In this document: positions 13,796-24,370 of the stretch, one piece after another
Numbering within the stretch: the stretch's first letter is position 1
Layout: each line of letters begins with the position of its first letter
Assembly (NCBI GenBank): GCA_963822835.1
Contig: CAWGIZ010000010.1
Location: 29,252 to 93,251, forward strand
Direction of reading: 5' to 3'
DNA from: an uncultured Alphaproteobacteria bacterium
GTDB taxonomy: Bacteria; Pseudomonadota; Alphaproteobacteria; CAVTAV01
Length of the DNA stretch: 64,000 nucleotides
The notes under the pieces: generated by a model
Database searches by the model: none
Told to the model about the DNA's origin: nothing
Seen by the model: only the letters and a program-made list of their open reading frames with translations
Program-made: the position numbers and the translations under genes

Positions 13796-14488
13796 ATGGC
13801 TGGTCAAAAGCACATTCTGTTGGTCGACGACGATTCCACCCTGGCGCATACGCTGGCCGACCAGCTGGTGCTGCACGACGAATTCGGCACGACGATCGTC
13901 AGCTCGGGCAAGGAGGCCCTGGACACCGTCAAGGGCGGGCCATGTCGATCTCGTGATTCTGGATGTCGGCCTGCCCGATATCGACGGCCGCGAGGTCTGC
14001 CGCCAGATGCGCCGGCAGGGCGCGTCATATGCCGGTGATCATGCTGACCGCCGCCGATTCCGATGCCGACGAGATCCTCGGGCTCGAATCCGGCGCCAAC
14101 GACTATGTCGCCAAGCCGTTCCGGTTCAACGTGCTGCTGGCGCGGATCAGGGCCCAGCTCCGCCAGCACGAGCAAAGCGAGGACGCGGTCTTCACGGTCG
14201 GCCGCTTCTCGTTCCAGCCCGGCCTCAAGATTCTGGTCGACAGCACGACCGACTGCAAGATCCGCCTGACCGAGAAGGAGACCGCGATCCTCCGCTATCT
14301 CTATCGCGCCGGGAAGGAAGCGGTCAGCCGCGAGGTCCTGCTGAACGAGGTCTGGGGTTACAACTCGGCGGTCACCACCCATACGCTCGAAACCCATATC
14401 TACCGGCTGCGTCAGAAGATCGAGAAGGATCCCGGCGAATGCGAGCCTTCTGGTGACTGACAAGGGCGGCTACCGCCTGATCCCGTGA
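13796..14488 (+). pseudogene. OmpR/PhoB-family response regulator (receiver + winged-helix); 3 frame breaks as assembled
   Basis: HILLVDDDSTLAHTL; VILDVGLPDIDGREVCRQMR; MPVIMLTAADSDADEILGLESGANDYVAKPF; LTEKETAILRYL..VWGYNSAVTTHTLETHIYRLRQKIEKDP. True C-term ..LLVTDKGGYRLIP* is in a third frame (TGA 14486-14488). Confidence 0.85.
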
Positions 14489-15365
14489 CGTCCGATCCCG
14501 CGACGCCGGAACCGGAGCAGCCTCCGGCGCCCTTCTCGGCCAAATTCTGGGGCGTCCGGGGGTCGGCGCCGACGCCGGGCCGCGACACGCGGTCTATGGC
14601 GGCAATACCTCCTGTGTCGAGGTGAGGTGCGGCGACGACGCGTCTCCTGTTCGACGCCGGCACCGGGAATCCAGTCCTTCTGCCGTTCGGATGGCGCAAG
14701 GCGACGGCGCGGATCTCGATCTGTTGCTGAGCCACAGCCATATCGATCACATCTGCGGCCTGCCTTATCTCGCGACCCACCGGCCGCGCGGCTCGACCTG
14801 CCGCCTATGGGTCGGCCATCTCGAAACCGAGGCCGAGGTCCGTCACGTTCTCGAAGCGGTCATGGGGGCGCCGATCTTCCCGATCCATCTCGAGGACATG
14901 CCGCTCCGCTTCGATATCCGCCTGTTCCGCGCCGGCGACGTGTTGCGGCCCCATACCGGCATCGAGGCCGGCATCGAGATCCGCACCGCGCCGCTCAGTC
15001 ATCCCGACCGGGCGACCGGTTACCGCGTCGAGTTTCGGGGGCAAGTCCATCGCCTATGTCACCGATACCGAACATGTGCCGGGACGGCGCGATCCTGCGA
15101 TCGTCGAGCTGATCCGCGGACGCGGATCTCTTCATCTACGACTCGACCTATTCCGACGACAAATTCGCGCCCAAGATCGGCTGGGGCCATTCGACCTGGC
15201 AGGAGGGCGTGCGGCTGGCGGATGCCGCCGGGCGTGAAGACCTATGTGGTGTTTCACCACGATCCGGAACGGAACGATGCCGAAATGGACGAGATCGCCC
15301 GCGCGGTGGCAGACGCCCGGCTCGGCTCCGTGGTCGCGCGGGATGGCATGGTGATTTCCCTTTGA
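14485..15365 (+). pseudogene. MBL-fold metallo-hydrolase; several frame breaks as assembled
   Basis: GTG 14485 overlaps the regulator stop (GTGA). KFWGVRGSAPTPG; LLLSHSHIDHICGLPYL (HxHxDH); TYVVFHHDPERNDAEMDEI. Confidence 0.7.
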
Positions 15366-16079
15366 AGGCTTTGTTCGAGGCCGCCGCGCCCGCCTTCCGG
15401 AAGACGCTTGGCCTTCTCGAACATTACAGGGACGAGCTGCTCGCTTTCGGATCGGAGCCTCCGCCCGCGCCGCGTTTCGAGCAGGACTGGTTTCCCCGGC
15501 TGGACGGCGCCGTTGCCTATGCCCTTGTCCGGTCGGCCAGGCCGCGCCGGATCATCGAGGTCGGCGCGGGGCATTCGACGCGGTTTCTGGCGCGCGCGAT
15601 AGCGGATGAAAGTCTCGCTACGGCACTCATTGCGGTCGATCCCGCGCCGAAGCGCTCCCCCGAATTCCTGCCGGTCGACCATCTCAAATGCCCGGTGCAG
15701 GAGGTGCCGATCGCGACGTTTCGAGGCGCTCGGGCCCGGCGATATTCTATTTGTCGATTCCAGCCACAAATATGCGCCCGGGAGCGACGTGGCCTTCCTG
15801 CTGGATGACGTCCTGCCGCGTCTTCCGGCCGGGCTGCTGGTGCATTTCCACGATATTTTCCTGCCCGATGAGTATCCGGCCGACTGGGCCTGGCGCGGCT
15901 ATAGCGAGCAACAGGCGCTGGTCCCGCTGCTTGCCTCGGGCAGGTTCGACTGCCTGTTCTCAAGCCACTATGTGGCGACGCGGATGGGTGAGGCTCTGGA
16001 GGCGAGCCTGATCAGGCGCTTGCCTTTGGTTGAAGGCGCGCGCGAAACAAGCCTCTGGCTTCGAATCGCGGCGAGGTAA
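15362..16079 (+). pseudogene. class I SAM-dependent methyltransferase (Methyltransf_24/CmcI-like); one frame break near 15725
   Basis: IIEVGAGHSTRFLARA; after the shift DILFVDSSHKYAPGSDVAFLLDDVLPRLPAGLLVHFHDIF. Candidate TTG start 15362 overlaps the MBL stop. The 3' end overlaps the convergent deacetylase ORF by 68 nt. Confidence 0.6.
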
Positions 16080-16833
16080 CTTCCGCGAGCGCCTCGTCGA
16101 AGCCGATCCAGCGGGCGCCGTCCGATTTGTCGATATGAACCGCCAAACGGTCGAGAAAGACTTCGGCGGCGCGGTCGTGCTGGCGATGATGGGTCAGCAG
16201 TCCGATCGGTTCGCCGGGATCGTTGGCGACGCGGGCCTGGGCCTCGAGGAGCCCGATCAGCTTCTCCAGAACCGTTTCGGTGCCTGCGAAGCGCCTGGTT
16301 CGCCAGTTCATGATGTCGACATGGCTGTTCAGGGTCGGCAGCACCGCCTTGCGCGGCCGCGGCCCGAAGGTCGAAACCGCGACATAGCCAATCGGCTGAA
16401 GCCGGGGCAGAAGGCCGGGCGCGATCCGGTTCCACGGCGGCACCAGCACGGCGCGGCCATGATCGGGCAGGATCGCCTGCAGCCGGTCGAGGCCCATGCG
16501 CAACTCGTCGCACATCCGTTTGATCGGCCGGTGGTCGCCGAATTCGGCGCGTTTTTCCGAATGCGGGGCGTAATTCTTGTGAGCGAAGCCGTGCACCAGC
16601 GCCGTCCAGTTGTCGCCGCGCGCCAGGACCGAGCGCAGTTCCTTGGACGCGCCGGCGGGCACGACCGCGAGGGTCAGGGGAATGGCATGGGCTTCCGCGC
16701 GCTCCGCGAGACGATTGAGCTGCGGCGTCACGATCTCGGCGTCGTCGTCGCGCCACCACAGCCGTGCGGCGCGGCCCTCGCGCCTGAAGCTCTTCAATGC
16801 GGCATCGAGCCGCCGCCAGGATGCGATGCTCAT
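16012..16833 (-). CDS. polysaccharide deacetylase-like protein
   Basis: 273-aa ORF with LWWRDDDA..PLTLAVVP..LVHGFAHKNY..LVPPWNRI, last gene of the GT operon. The 3' end may be over-extended, since it overlaps the convergent gene. Confidence 0.6.
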   Translation of the reverse strand: MSIASWRRLDAALKSFRREGRAARLWWRDDDAEIVTPQLNRLAERAEAHAIPLTLAVVPAGASKELRSVLARGDNWTALVHGFAHKNYAPHSEKRAEFGDHRPIKRMCDELRMGLDRLQAILPDHGRAVLVPPWNRIAPGLLPRLQPIGYVAVSTFGPRPRKAVLPTLNSHVDIMNWRTRRFAGTETVLEKLIGLLEAQARVANDPGEPIGLLTHHRQHDRAAEVFLDRLAVHIDKSDGARWIGFDEALAEVTSPRFEARGLFRARLQPKASA

Positions 16834-16842
16834 GATGGCCCC

Positions 16843-18004
16843 TCAGGCGCTCCGCTGGCCCGGCGTTTCCGCGAGCCAGTGAGCCAGCAGCCCGGTGGTG
16901 TCCCGAGCGCCGCCAAGCCGGATCGAGCGTGCGATCCGGCGGCGGTCCGGCGAGTGCTGTATCGATCGCCCGCGCCAGGCGCTCCGGCTCAAGCTCTGCT
17001 TGCGGCACCATCTGACACAGGCCGCGCGCCACGAAGGCGTCGCCGCGCTGGCGTTGTTCGGTCTCGCGCTCGGTCTCGAACGGCACGACGACCATGCGCG
17101 TGCCTGCGCCGATCCCTTCGATCATGGTGTTGTAGCCGGCCCGGCTGATCGATAGCCGGCTTCTCGACAGCAGATCCGGCAGGCCCGGCCGGAAGCGCTC
17201 GACGATGACGCCGGGTGCCGCCATGGCGCGGCGGGCATCGAATTCCGTCGCCGGCGCATCGGCGCCAAGCAACACCCGCCACGGACAGTTGCGGGCGCTG
17301 GAAAGCGGCCGGGCCGCGAGGGCCGCGTCCATCAGGCTCTTCGCCGCCGCGCCGCCGCCCACCGAGACGACGATCTCGAAGCGCTCCTGTTCCGGCACCG
17401 GTTCGGCGACATGTTCGCCGACATAGCCCGTGTAAAGCACCTTCCAGCGGAACCGGTCGGCGCGCGGAAAGCTGAGCTCGAGCGGCGCGATCGCCGGATC
17501 GCTGTGAACCAGCACAGCGTCGTAATAGGCCTCGACCCAGTCGACGCATTGCGCCGGATCCGAGGGCGGCACCAGGATGTCCCGCACGGAGGCCATGATC
17601 CGCGGCCGCTTGGCCCGGTTGCGGCATTTGTCCAGCAGTTCCAGGATCTCCTCGCGGAGCTGGCGGCGGCCGAAGGGAAAATGTTCGGTGATCACGACAT
17701 CCGGCGCGGTGGCCTCCAGCGTCTCCAGCAGGCGGATGCGCCGGGCGGTGAGAATGGCATCGGAGGCCGGCTTGCCGGTCTCGTCCACGAGCAGGGAAAA
17801 GCTGGCGTCGGCGGCTCGAAGCGGCGGCAGCTGGACGAACGCCGCGCCGCCGAGGTCGAGGCCGGGCACCGGAAGGCCGCCCGAGACCAGCGTGACGCGA
17901 AAGCCGGCGTCGCTTAGGGCGCGCGCGAGACAGGCCGCGCGTTTCACATGGCCGATGCCCAGCAGATGCTGGACATAGAACAGGATGGAGCCCCGGCGCT
18001 TCAC
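16843..18004 (-). pseudogene. MurG-like/COG4671-type glycosyltransferase (paralogue of 20461-21642); one frame break near 16930
   Basis: N-terminal 360 aa of the 678-aa ORF (SILFYVQHLLGIGHVKRAACLARAL..SRAGYNTMIEGI). After one shift the tail IRLGGARDTTGLLAHWLAETPGQRSA* (stop 16843-16845) aligns with the paralogue's C-terminus. The rest of the 678-aa ORF is read-through. Confidence 0.7.
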
Positions 18005-19182
18005 GACGCGGCCTTGATCGATTGGCTCTGCCAGGCGATCGGATCCGGCAGCAGCATCCGCAAACGGTCGACGGCGGTGGCGAAGCCGTGGCGGTCGCGC
18101 GCCGCTTCGAACGCGCCGTGGCTCAGCACGCCGCGCGTCTCGGAATCCGCCAGAAGCCGGCCGATCGCATCGGCGAAGGCCTCCGGCCCGTCCTCCTTTA
18201 CGAGGATGCCGCTTTCGCCGTCATGGACGACTTCGGCGACGCCCGGCTCGGCACAGGCGACGGAGGGAATGCCGGCGGCGGCGGCTTCGAGATAGGCCAT
18301 GCCGAAGGCCTCGCCCCGGCCCGGCCAGACGAAGAGGTCGGCGGTCAGGAAGCAGAGATCGAGCATGGCCGGCGAGGCTTCGCCGATCATGGCGATGCGG
18401 TTCGGCGGCAGGTCCCAGAAGCCCGCCTCGACATCGCCCCGCGCCGGGCCGTCGCCCGCGACGACGAGCTGCCAGCGGCGCTGCGGATAGCGGTCGGAGA
18501 GGCTTTTGAGCGCCCGGCCGAGCAGGTTGTAGTTATCGGCCTTGCGGCCCTCGCGCATCATCGCGACGGTGAGAAGCCAGGGCGTGCTCTGATCGAGGCC
18601 CGCGAAGCTGCGGCAGAGCGTCGCCCGCGCCGCCTTGTGGGCGCGCCCCGTGGTCGGCCCGCGGAAATCGATGAACGGGGTGAAGCGGCGGATCGGGGCA
18701 TCCGCGCCGAGCGCGTCGTGGAGACCCTCCTCGTCGCGCGCCGTCATGGCGAGCAGGAGGTCGGCCGAACGCGCCGCCTTCAACGCGCTGTCATAACCCT
18801 GGGCCCACGCGCCGGTCTTTTGTTTCGGCGCGATCGAGGCCTCGGCCACGACATAGGGGATCTGCAGCTCCCGGGCCACGATCGGCCCGATCCAGTCGGG
18901 GGCCTTGTGATAGAGATGATAGGTGAACCAGAGCGACGGCGGATTGGCGTCCACCGCCTTGTTTGCCGCCACGATATGCCTGGCGATCGCCTCGCTCTGA
19001 CGCTTCACGGCGGCCTGGAACTGCCGGTTGCCGATGCCGTCGAAGGTCGTGAGCGAGCTGGCCACATAGGGGTCGTGCCCGGCGGCCTTCAGCGCGTCGA
19101 AGAACAGCCGCGCGAGCCGCCGGTCGCCGGACGGCACCGGGTCGTCCATCAGTTTCATCGGCGTGTAGAAGGCGATCCGCAT
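18001..19182 (-). CDS. GT4-family (GT-B fold) glycosyltransferase
   Basis: MRIAFYTPMK..; C-terminal EAFGMAYLEAAAAGIPSVACAEPGVAEVVHDGESGILV (E-x7-E region). 4-nt overlap with the downstream gene. The upstream 29 codons of the track ORF are probably not translated. Confidence 0.8.
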   Translation of the reverse strand: MRIAFYTPMKLMDDPVPSGDRRLARLFFDALKAAGHDPYVASSLTTFDGIGNRQFQAAVKRQSEAIARHIVAANKAVDANPPSLWFTYHLYHKAPDWIGPIVARELQIPYVVAEASIAPKQKTGAWAQGYDSALKAARSADLLLAMTARDEEGLHDALGADAPIRRFTPFIDFRGPTTGRAHKAARATLCRSFAGLDQSTPWLLTVAMMREGRKADNYNLLGRALKSLSDRYPQRRWQLVVAGDGPARGDVEAGFWDLPPNRIAMIGEASPAMLDLCFLTADLFVWPGRGEAFGMAYLEAAAAGIPSVACAEPGVAEVVHDGESGILVKEDGPEAFADAIGRLLADSETRGVLSHGAFEAARDRHGFATAVDRLRMLLPDPIAWQSQSIKAAS

Positions 19183-19186
19183 GGGC

Positions 19187-20464
19187 TTACCCCGCTTTGG
19201 CAAGGGAGAGGGACACGGAAGAAGAGGCGGGCACGGCGTCGGAAACACCGAGCAGTTCCGCCAGGGCATCGAGGGTCGGCTCGGGGCTGAAATCGTGCAG
19301 CAGCCGCGCGCGGGCGGCCCGGCCGAGCCGCGTCCGGAGCGCGGGATCGCTGATCAGGCGGGCCAGCGCGGACGCAAGCGCATCGGGGTCGTCGGACGGG
19401 GTCAGCAGGCCGGTCTTCTGGTCGAGGATCAGCTCCGGAATCCCGCCCGCCGTGGTCGCGATGCAGGCGAGCCCGGTGGCCTGCGCCTCCATCAGCACGT
19501 TCGGAATGCCGTCGCGGTCGCCCGAAGCGGTGACGCGGCTCGGCAGAACGAAAAGATCGGCGGCGCCGTAATGGGCCATCACCTCGTCCTGCGGCTTGGC
19601 GCCGAGCCAGGAGACGCGGCCGCTCAAACCGCGCACCACGGTGTCCGCCATCAGGGGGACGAGCTCGTCGCCCGCGCCGACATGGACGAATTTCCAGTGC
19701 AGCCCGTCCGGCAGCCGGTTGAAGGCGCGCAGGAGGTTGTCATAGCCCTTCTTGGCGACGGCGCGCCCGACCGAAAGAATGACGACCGGATTGTCGGGAT
19801 CGCGGCCGTCGCGCGCGGACCTTTCGGGTGGCCGCTCGCAATAGGTTTCGCGGAGGCCGTGGCGCAGCAGATGCACCACGCCCTCGGGCGCGAGGCGGGT
19901 CAGGTCTTCCGCCGCCTCGGCGGTGCAGGTCGCGGCGAAACGGCAGGCGGCGAGCTTTTCCTGCTTGTCCCAGTCCGGCGTGGTCCAGACGTCCTTGGCA
20001 TGGGCCGAGACCGAGAAGGGCAGGCGGCGCATCAGCGCGGCATACCGTGCGACGGAGGCGGGGGTGTGCAGAAAATGGGCGTGGATATGCCGGCAATCGG
20101 GATCGAGCTCGGCCGCAAGGACCAGCGCCTGGCCGAACCGGCGGATGCGGCTCGCGCTCGGATCGCGTTTCAGATCGCGCAGCCAGGCCTGCCGGGCGGC
20201 CGGATAGCCGGGCCAGCGGCGGACGAGCCGCCAGGCGCTGGCGACGCGGCCGGGATCGTCCTTCAGATATTCCGGCAGATAGGCGACCGGCGCCTGAATC
20301 CGCTGGTGGATCGGATGGACCGCCGGGTCGTTTGGCGCGCGAAGCGCATAAAGGCGAAGCGCAAGGCCGCGGTCCTCGAGGCCGAGCAGCTCCCGCGCGA
20401 TGAAGGTCTCGGAAAGGCGCGGATAGCCCTTCAGCACGACCGCGATATGGCCCGGTCCACTCAT
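19187..20464 (-). CDS. GT4-family glycosyltransferase (WcaL-like)
   Basis: Intact 425 aa. HIAVVLKGYPRLSETFIARELLGLE; DGIPNVLMEAQATGLACIATTAGGIPELILDQKTGLL. Confidence 0.8.
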   Translation of the reverse strand: MSGPGHIAVVLKGYPRLSETFIARELLGLEDRGLALRLYALRAPNDPAVHPIHQRIQAPVAYLPEYLKDDPGRVASAWRLVRRWPGYPAARQAWLRDLKRDPSASRIRRFGQALVLAAELDPDCRHIHAHFLHTPASVARYAALMRRLPFSVSAHAKDVWTTPDWDKQEKLAACRFAATCTAEAAEDLTRLAPEGVVHLLRHGLRETYCERPPERSARDGRDPDNPVVILSVGRAVAKKGYDNLLRAFNRLPDGLHWKFVHVGAGDELVPLMADTVVRGLSGRVSWLGAKPQDEVMAHYGAADLFVLPSRVTASGDRDGIPNVLMEAQATGLACIATTAGGIPELILDQKTGLLTPSDDPDALASALARLISDPALRTRLGRAARARLLHDFSPEPTLDALAELLGVSDAVPASSSVSLSLAKAG

Positions 20465-21642
20465 CCCGCCGACCTCGCCGGAATGTCGGCGTCCTCGAGC
20501 CAGGGCGCGGCCAGACGGCAGGTTTCATCGAGCCCGTCGAGCAGCCCGGTGATGCCGGCGGCCGAAGGTCTGGCCTGGACGCAAAGGCCCTTGATGGCGG
20601 CGGCCATGGCGGCCGGATCGCGCATCCCGTCGTCGCACAGCATGCGGGCCAGACCCAGCTCGGCCGCCCGTTCGGCGCGGATTCTCTGCTCCCGCCGGGG
20701 GGCATCGCGCGGTACCAGCAGCGCGGGAAGGTCGTAGGACAGGATTTCCGCGAAGGTGTTGTAGCCGCCCATGGCCACGATGCCGGACGCTTGCGCGAGC
20801 AGCCTCTCCATACGGGGCGAGAACACCTGCATATCGATCTGTGGCAGCGCCGCCGCGCGGGCCGCGAAGGCGTCCTGGGCGGCCGAGGCCATGAACGGGC
20901 CGAGCAGGATCGTCGCGCGCGGCAAATCCGCTCCCGCCAGCTCATAGGCCGAGAGCGTCCAGTCGATCAGCGCAATGCCGTCGCCGCCGCCGCCGGGCGT
21001 GACGAGAAGCGGTCCGTCCGCCGTGTCGGGCTCCGGGGCCGAATCCGCGCCGCGCCGGTCGAGATAGCCGGTGAACCGCATCCGTCCGCGCGCCATCGGG
21101 CTCACATCGAGGCCGGTCAGCGGATCCCAGATATTTTCGAGCCCGAAGACCCAGATGTCGTCATAGAGAATCTCGATCGCGGCCAGCGCCTTCTTGCGCC
21201 GCCACTCGGCGGCGAGCCGCTTCGGATCGTCGAGAATGTCGCGCAGGCCCAGCACGAGGCGGGTTCCGCGCGATTTGAGAAAATGCAGCGTTTCGGTGAC
21301 CTCGCCGCGCAGCCCGAGCGGCTCCTTGTCGACGAGGAAGAGATCGGGATCGAACCCTTGGGCGGTGTGCCGGATGAGAGTGGCGCGGGCGGCTATGGTC
21401 CGCTCGATCGGCTCGGAGGGATCAAGGGAAACGTAATCGCCGTCCTTCTGCTTCACCACGGCCGGAACGCTGACGCAGGTTACGCGCTCGGGCAGATCGA
21501 AGCGCCCGATCAGGGGCGAGCCGGACAGGATCTTGACCTCGAGCGAGCCGAATTCCGCCGTCAGCGCGCCGGCGATCGCGAGGCAACGGCGGATATGGCC
21601 GAGGCCGAAGCTGTCATGGCTGTAAATCAGGACTCGCGCCAT
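20461..21642 (-). CDS. MurG-like/COG4671-type glycosyltransferase, first gene of the operon
   Basis: Intact 393 aa. ARVLIYSHDSFGLGHIRRCLAIAGAL; VAMGGYNTFAEILSYDLPALLVPR. 4-nt overlap with the next gene. Confidence 0.75.
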   Translation of the reverse strand: MARVLIYSHDSFGLGHIRRCLAIAGALTAEFGSLEVKILSGSPLIGRFDLPERVTCVSVPAVVKQKDGDYVSLDPSEPIERTIAARATLIRHTAQGFDPDLFLVDKEPLGLRGEVTETLHFLKSRGTRLVLGLRDILDDPKRLAAEWRRKKALAAIEILYDDIWVFGLENIWDPLTGLDVSPMARGRMRFTGYLDRRGADSAPEPDTADGPLLVTPGGGGDGIALIDWTLSAYELAGADLPRATILLGPFMASAAQDAFAARAAALPQIDMQVFSPRMERLLAQASGIVAMGGYNTFAEILSYDLPALLVPRDAPRREQRIRAERAAELGLARMLCDDGMRDPAAMAAAIKGLCVQARPSAAGITGLLDGLDETCRLAAPWLEDADIPARSAG

Positions 21643-21842
21643 ACAGGCCTCAACCTATTCCACTCGCTACCGACACCACCCGGCCACGGTGAGAGCCCCT
21701 CAACGCGCCGCCGTTTACGAATTCGTCAGGCCGGACCCGCTAGTCTTGGCGGACCCGTTGATCCCCGTCGCCGGCCCGTTTCGAGAAGCGCCGGGGTCAT
21801 CACCCGAAGCGCCTTTCAAATCAGCCGGCTGAAAGCCCCCAG

Positions 21843-24370
21843 ATGGAACCGAGCCTCTACCGATACGTGCTGCGTCAGAGTTGGCGGCAGCAGATCGTGC
21901 TGGTTCTCCTGGCTCTCGTCTCGTTCCCGTTCCTCTACGTCTTCTACGAACTCCCGAAGACCATCGTGAACCGCGCCATCGCCCCGGAAACGGCTCATTT
22001 CCCCGTTTCGCTGCTCGGCTTCGAGCTTTCCCAGCGCGATTATCTGCTCGCGCTGTGCGGCGGATTGCTGCTTCTGGTGTTCGTCAATCAGGGATTCAAA
22101 TACGCGATTAACGTGTACAAAGGCATAACGGCCGAGAAAATTTTGCGGCAGATGCGGGCCGATCTATACGCCCGGATCCTGAAATTTCCCCTGCCGGTCT
22201 TCCGCCGGATGAGCCAGGGCAAGATCATCCCGATGATCACCGGCGAGGTCGAAACGCTGGGCGGGTTCTTCGGTGACGTGCTTGGCGCTGCCGGCCTTCC
22301 AGGGCGGGACGCTCGTGGTCGTGCTCGGCTTCCTGTTCGTCCAGAATCCGATCATGGCCGCGGCGGCGGTGTCGCTCTATCCGATCCAGATCATCGTCAT
22401 CCCGCGCCTCCAGGCTCAGGTGAACCGGCTGGCCAAGGAGCGGGTGCAACTTATCCGCGGGCTTTCCGATCGCATCGGGGAGACCGTGCAGGGCGTCGAG
22501 GAGATCCGGGTTCACGGCACGGCGGGCCGGGAGCAGGAGGATTTCCGCGCGCGGCTGGATGAGATTTTCCGGGTCCGCTACGCGATCTATCTGAGGAAAT
22601 TCGTCATCAAGGCGATCAACAATTTCATCCAGCATCTCGGGCCGTTCTTCTTCTATTCGATCGGCGGCTATCTGGTGATTCAGGGCGAGCTCGATATCGG
22701 CACGCTGCTCGCCGCCGTCGCCGCCCACAAGGATCTCGCGGCGCCCTGGCGGGAGCTGCTGAATTATTACCAGACCCTCGCCGATGCCCGGATCCGCTAT
22801 CAGCAGGTGGTGACCCAGTTCAATCCCGAGGGCATTGATCGAAACCTCCGAACGCCCGGCCGCCCGGCCCGGAAACCACGGCCAAAACGCGATCCTGATC
22901 AGCCATCTGACGGTGCAGGACGATTGGGGGCGTCCGGCGCTCGACGACGTGTCGCTGACGCTTCCGGCGGGGGGCCGCATCGCCTTTCTCGGCGGCACGG
23001 CGAGCGGTGCGGACGAGGCCGCCATGGCGATCGCCGGTCTGCTCGCGCCGGAGCGCGGGCGGATCGATCTGCCGGCCGAGGTCACGGCGGGCGATATCGG
23101 CTATATCGGGCCGAACGGCCATGTTTTCGCGGGCAGCATCGGCCATAACCTGTTCTATGGCTCGGATGGCGGGATGCTCGGGCCTGACGACGACCTGATC
23201 GATCGCGGGCTGGAGGCCCTGGCTGTCGCTGGTCTTGGCGACGATGTCTATCGCTTCGGCCTGCGCGGAACGGTCGATCCGACCTCGGATCCCGATCTGG
23301 CCGAGGCACTGCTGGCGGCGCGCCGCCGGTTCAGGCGGCGGATCGAGGATACGGCCGGTCCCGCGGGGGCCCCGGCGCTGGTCGAGTTCTTCGACGCCGG
23401 CCGCTACAACTCGAATGCGACGCTGGCGGAAAACCTGCTGTTCGGCGTCGCCACGGACGAAACCTTCGCGGTCGAGAATCTCGCCGATCAGCCCTATGTC
23501 CGGCAGATTCTGGACGAAGCCGGGCTGGCCGAGCCCCTGCTCGACATGGGCTATATCATCGCCTCGACCATGGTCGAGATGTTCGCCGGACTGCCGCCCG
23601 GTCACCCGTTCTTCGAGCAGTTCAGCTTCATCTCCTCGGCCGATCTGCCCTATTTCCAGTCGCTCACGGAGCGGGTGGAGCGCCATGCGGTTGCAACGCT
23701 CGGGGAAGTGGACCGCGCCCGGCTGCTGGGACTGCCCTTCAAGCTGATCCCGGCGCGCCACCGGCTCGGCGTGCTCAACGAGGATACCGAGCGCCGGATC
23801 CTGTTCGCCCGGCGGCTGTTCGCGGCCGGACTGCCGGACGATCTCCGCTCCCGGATCGCTTTTTTCGATCCCGAGCGCGCGACAGCGGCGGCGAGCCTCG
23901 CGGACAATATCCTGTTCGGCAAGGTCGCCCACGGCGCGGCGGGCGCAGCCCGTCAGGTCGATCAGCTGCTCGGCGAGATCGTCGAGGATCTGGGCCTCGG
24001 CCGGCGCATCACGGCGGCGGGTCTCGATTTCGACGTCGGCGTGGGCGGCGCGCGCCTCACCGGCATGCAGCGCCAGAAACTCGCGCTGGCGCGTGGTCTG
24101 GTGCGCGCGCCCTCGGTTCTGGTGCTGGTCAACGCCACCGCCGGGCTCGACGCCGCAAGCGAGGCGAAGGTCTTCGATTATCTGTTTTCTGCCGGAACGG
24201 GGCCCCGGACCCTGATCTGGAGCCTGCATCAGCCGGTCTCGGCGGGCCGTTTCGATCATGTCGTGCGGTTTGCCGACGGGCATGTGGCGGGAGAAGGCGT
24301 GACGGAGGGGGGAGGCGCGGCCCTCGATCACGGTACATGCGGGATTGAAAGCGACAGGAGGAACGGGACG
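21843..24370 (+). pseudogene. ABC exporter-like protein (TMD + degenerate, insertion-bearing NBD); 2 frame breaks (about 22280, 22832); 3' end uncertain
   Basis: TMD: MEPSLYRYVLRQSWRQQIVLVLLALVSFPFLYVFYELPK..; NBD equivalents GGTASGADE (22991-23017), LTGMQ (24056-24070), VLVLVNATAGLD. No in-frame stop before the cNMP module. Stops in the other two frames at 24300 and 24343, next to a G-run (24304-24312). Confidence 0.7.

Noticed and set aside
15968-16842. C-terminal 290 aa of the 678-aa minus ORF (15968-18004)
   Set aside because: Only the N-terminal part, about 360 aa, looks like a glycosyltransferase. After about 16930 the sequence becomes Arg/Pro/Gly-rich and overlaps the well-formed deacetylase ORF (16012-16833) in another frame. 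A one-base shift gives a tail homologous to the paralogous GT, ending at 16843.
18022-20945. Long ORFs over the GT operon: plus 18022-19290 (422 aa), plus 19181-20737 (518 aa), minus 19740-20945 (401 aa, out of frame)
   Set aside because: They are antisense to, or out of frame with, intact GT4 and MurG-like glycosyltransferase ORFs. They are Arg/Gly/Pro-rich with no motifs.
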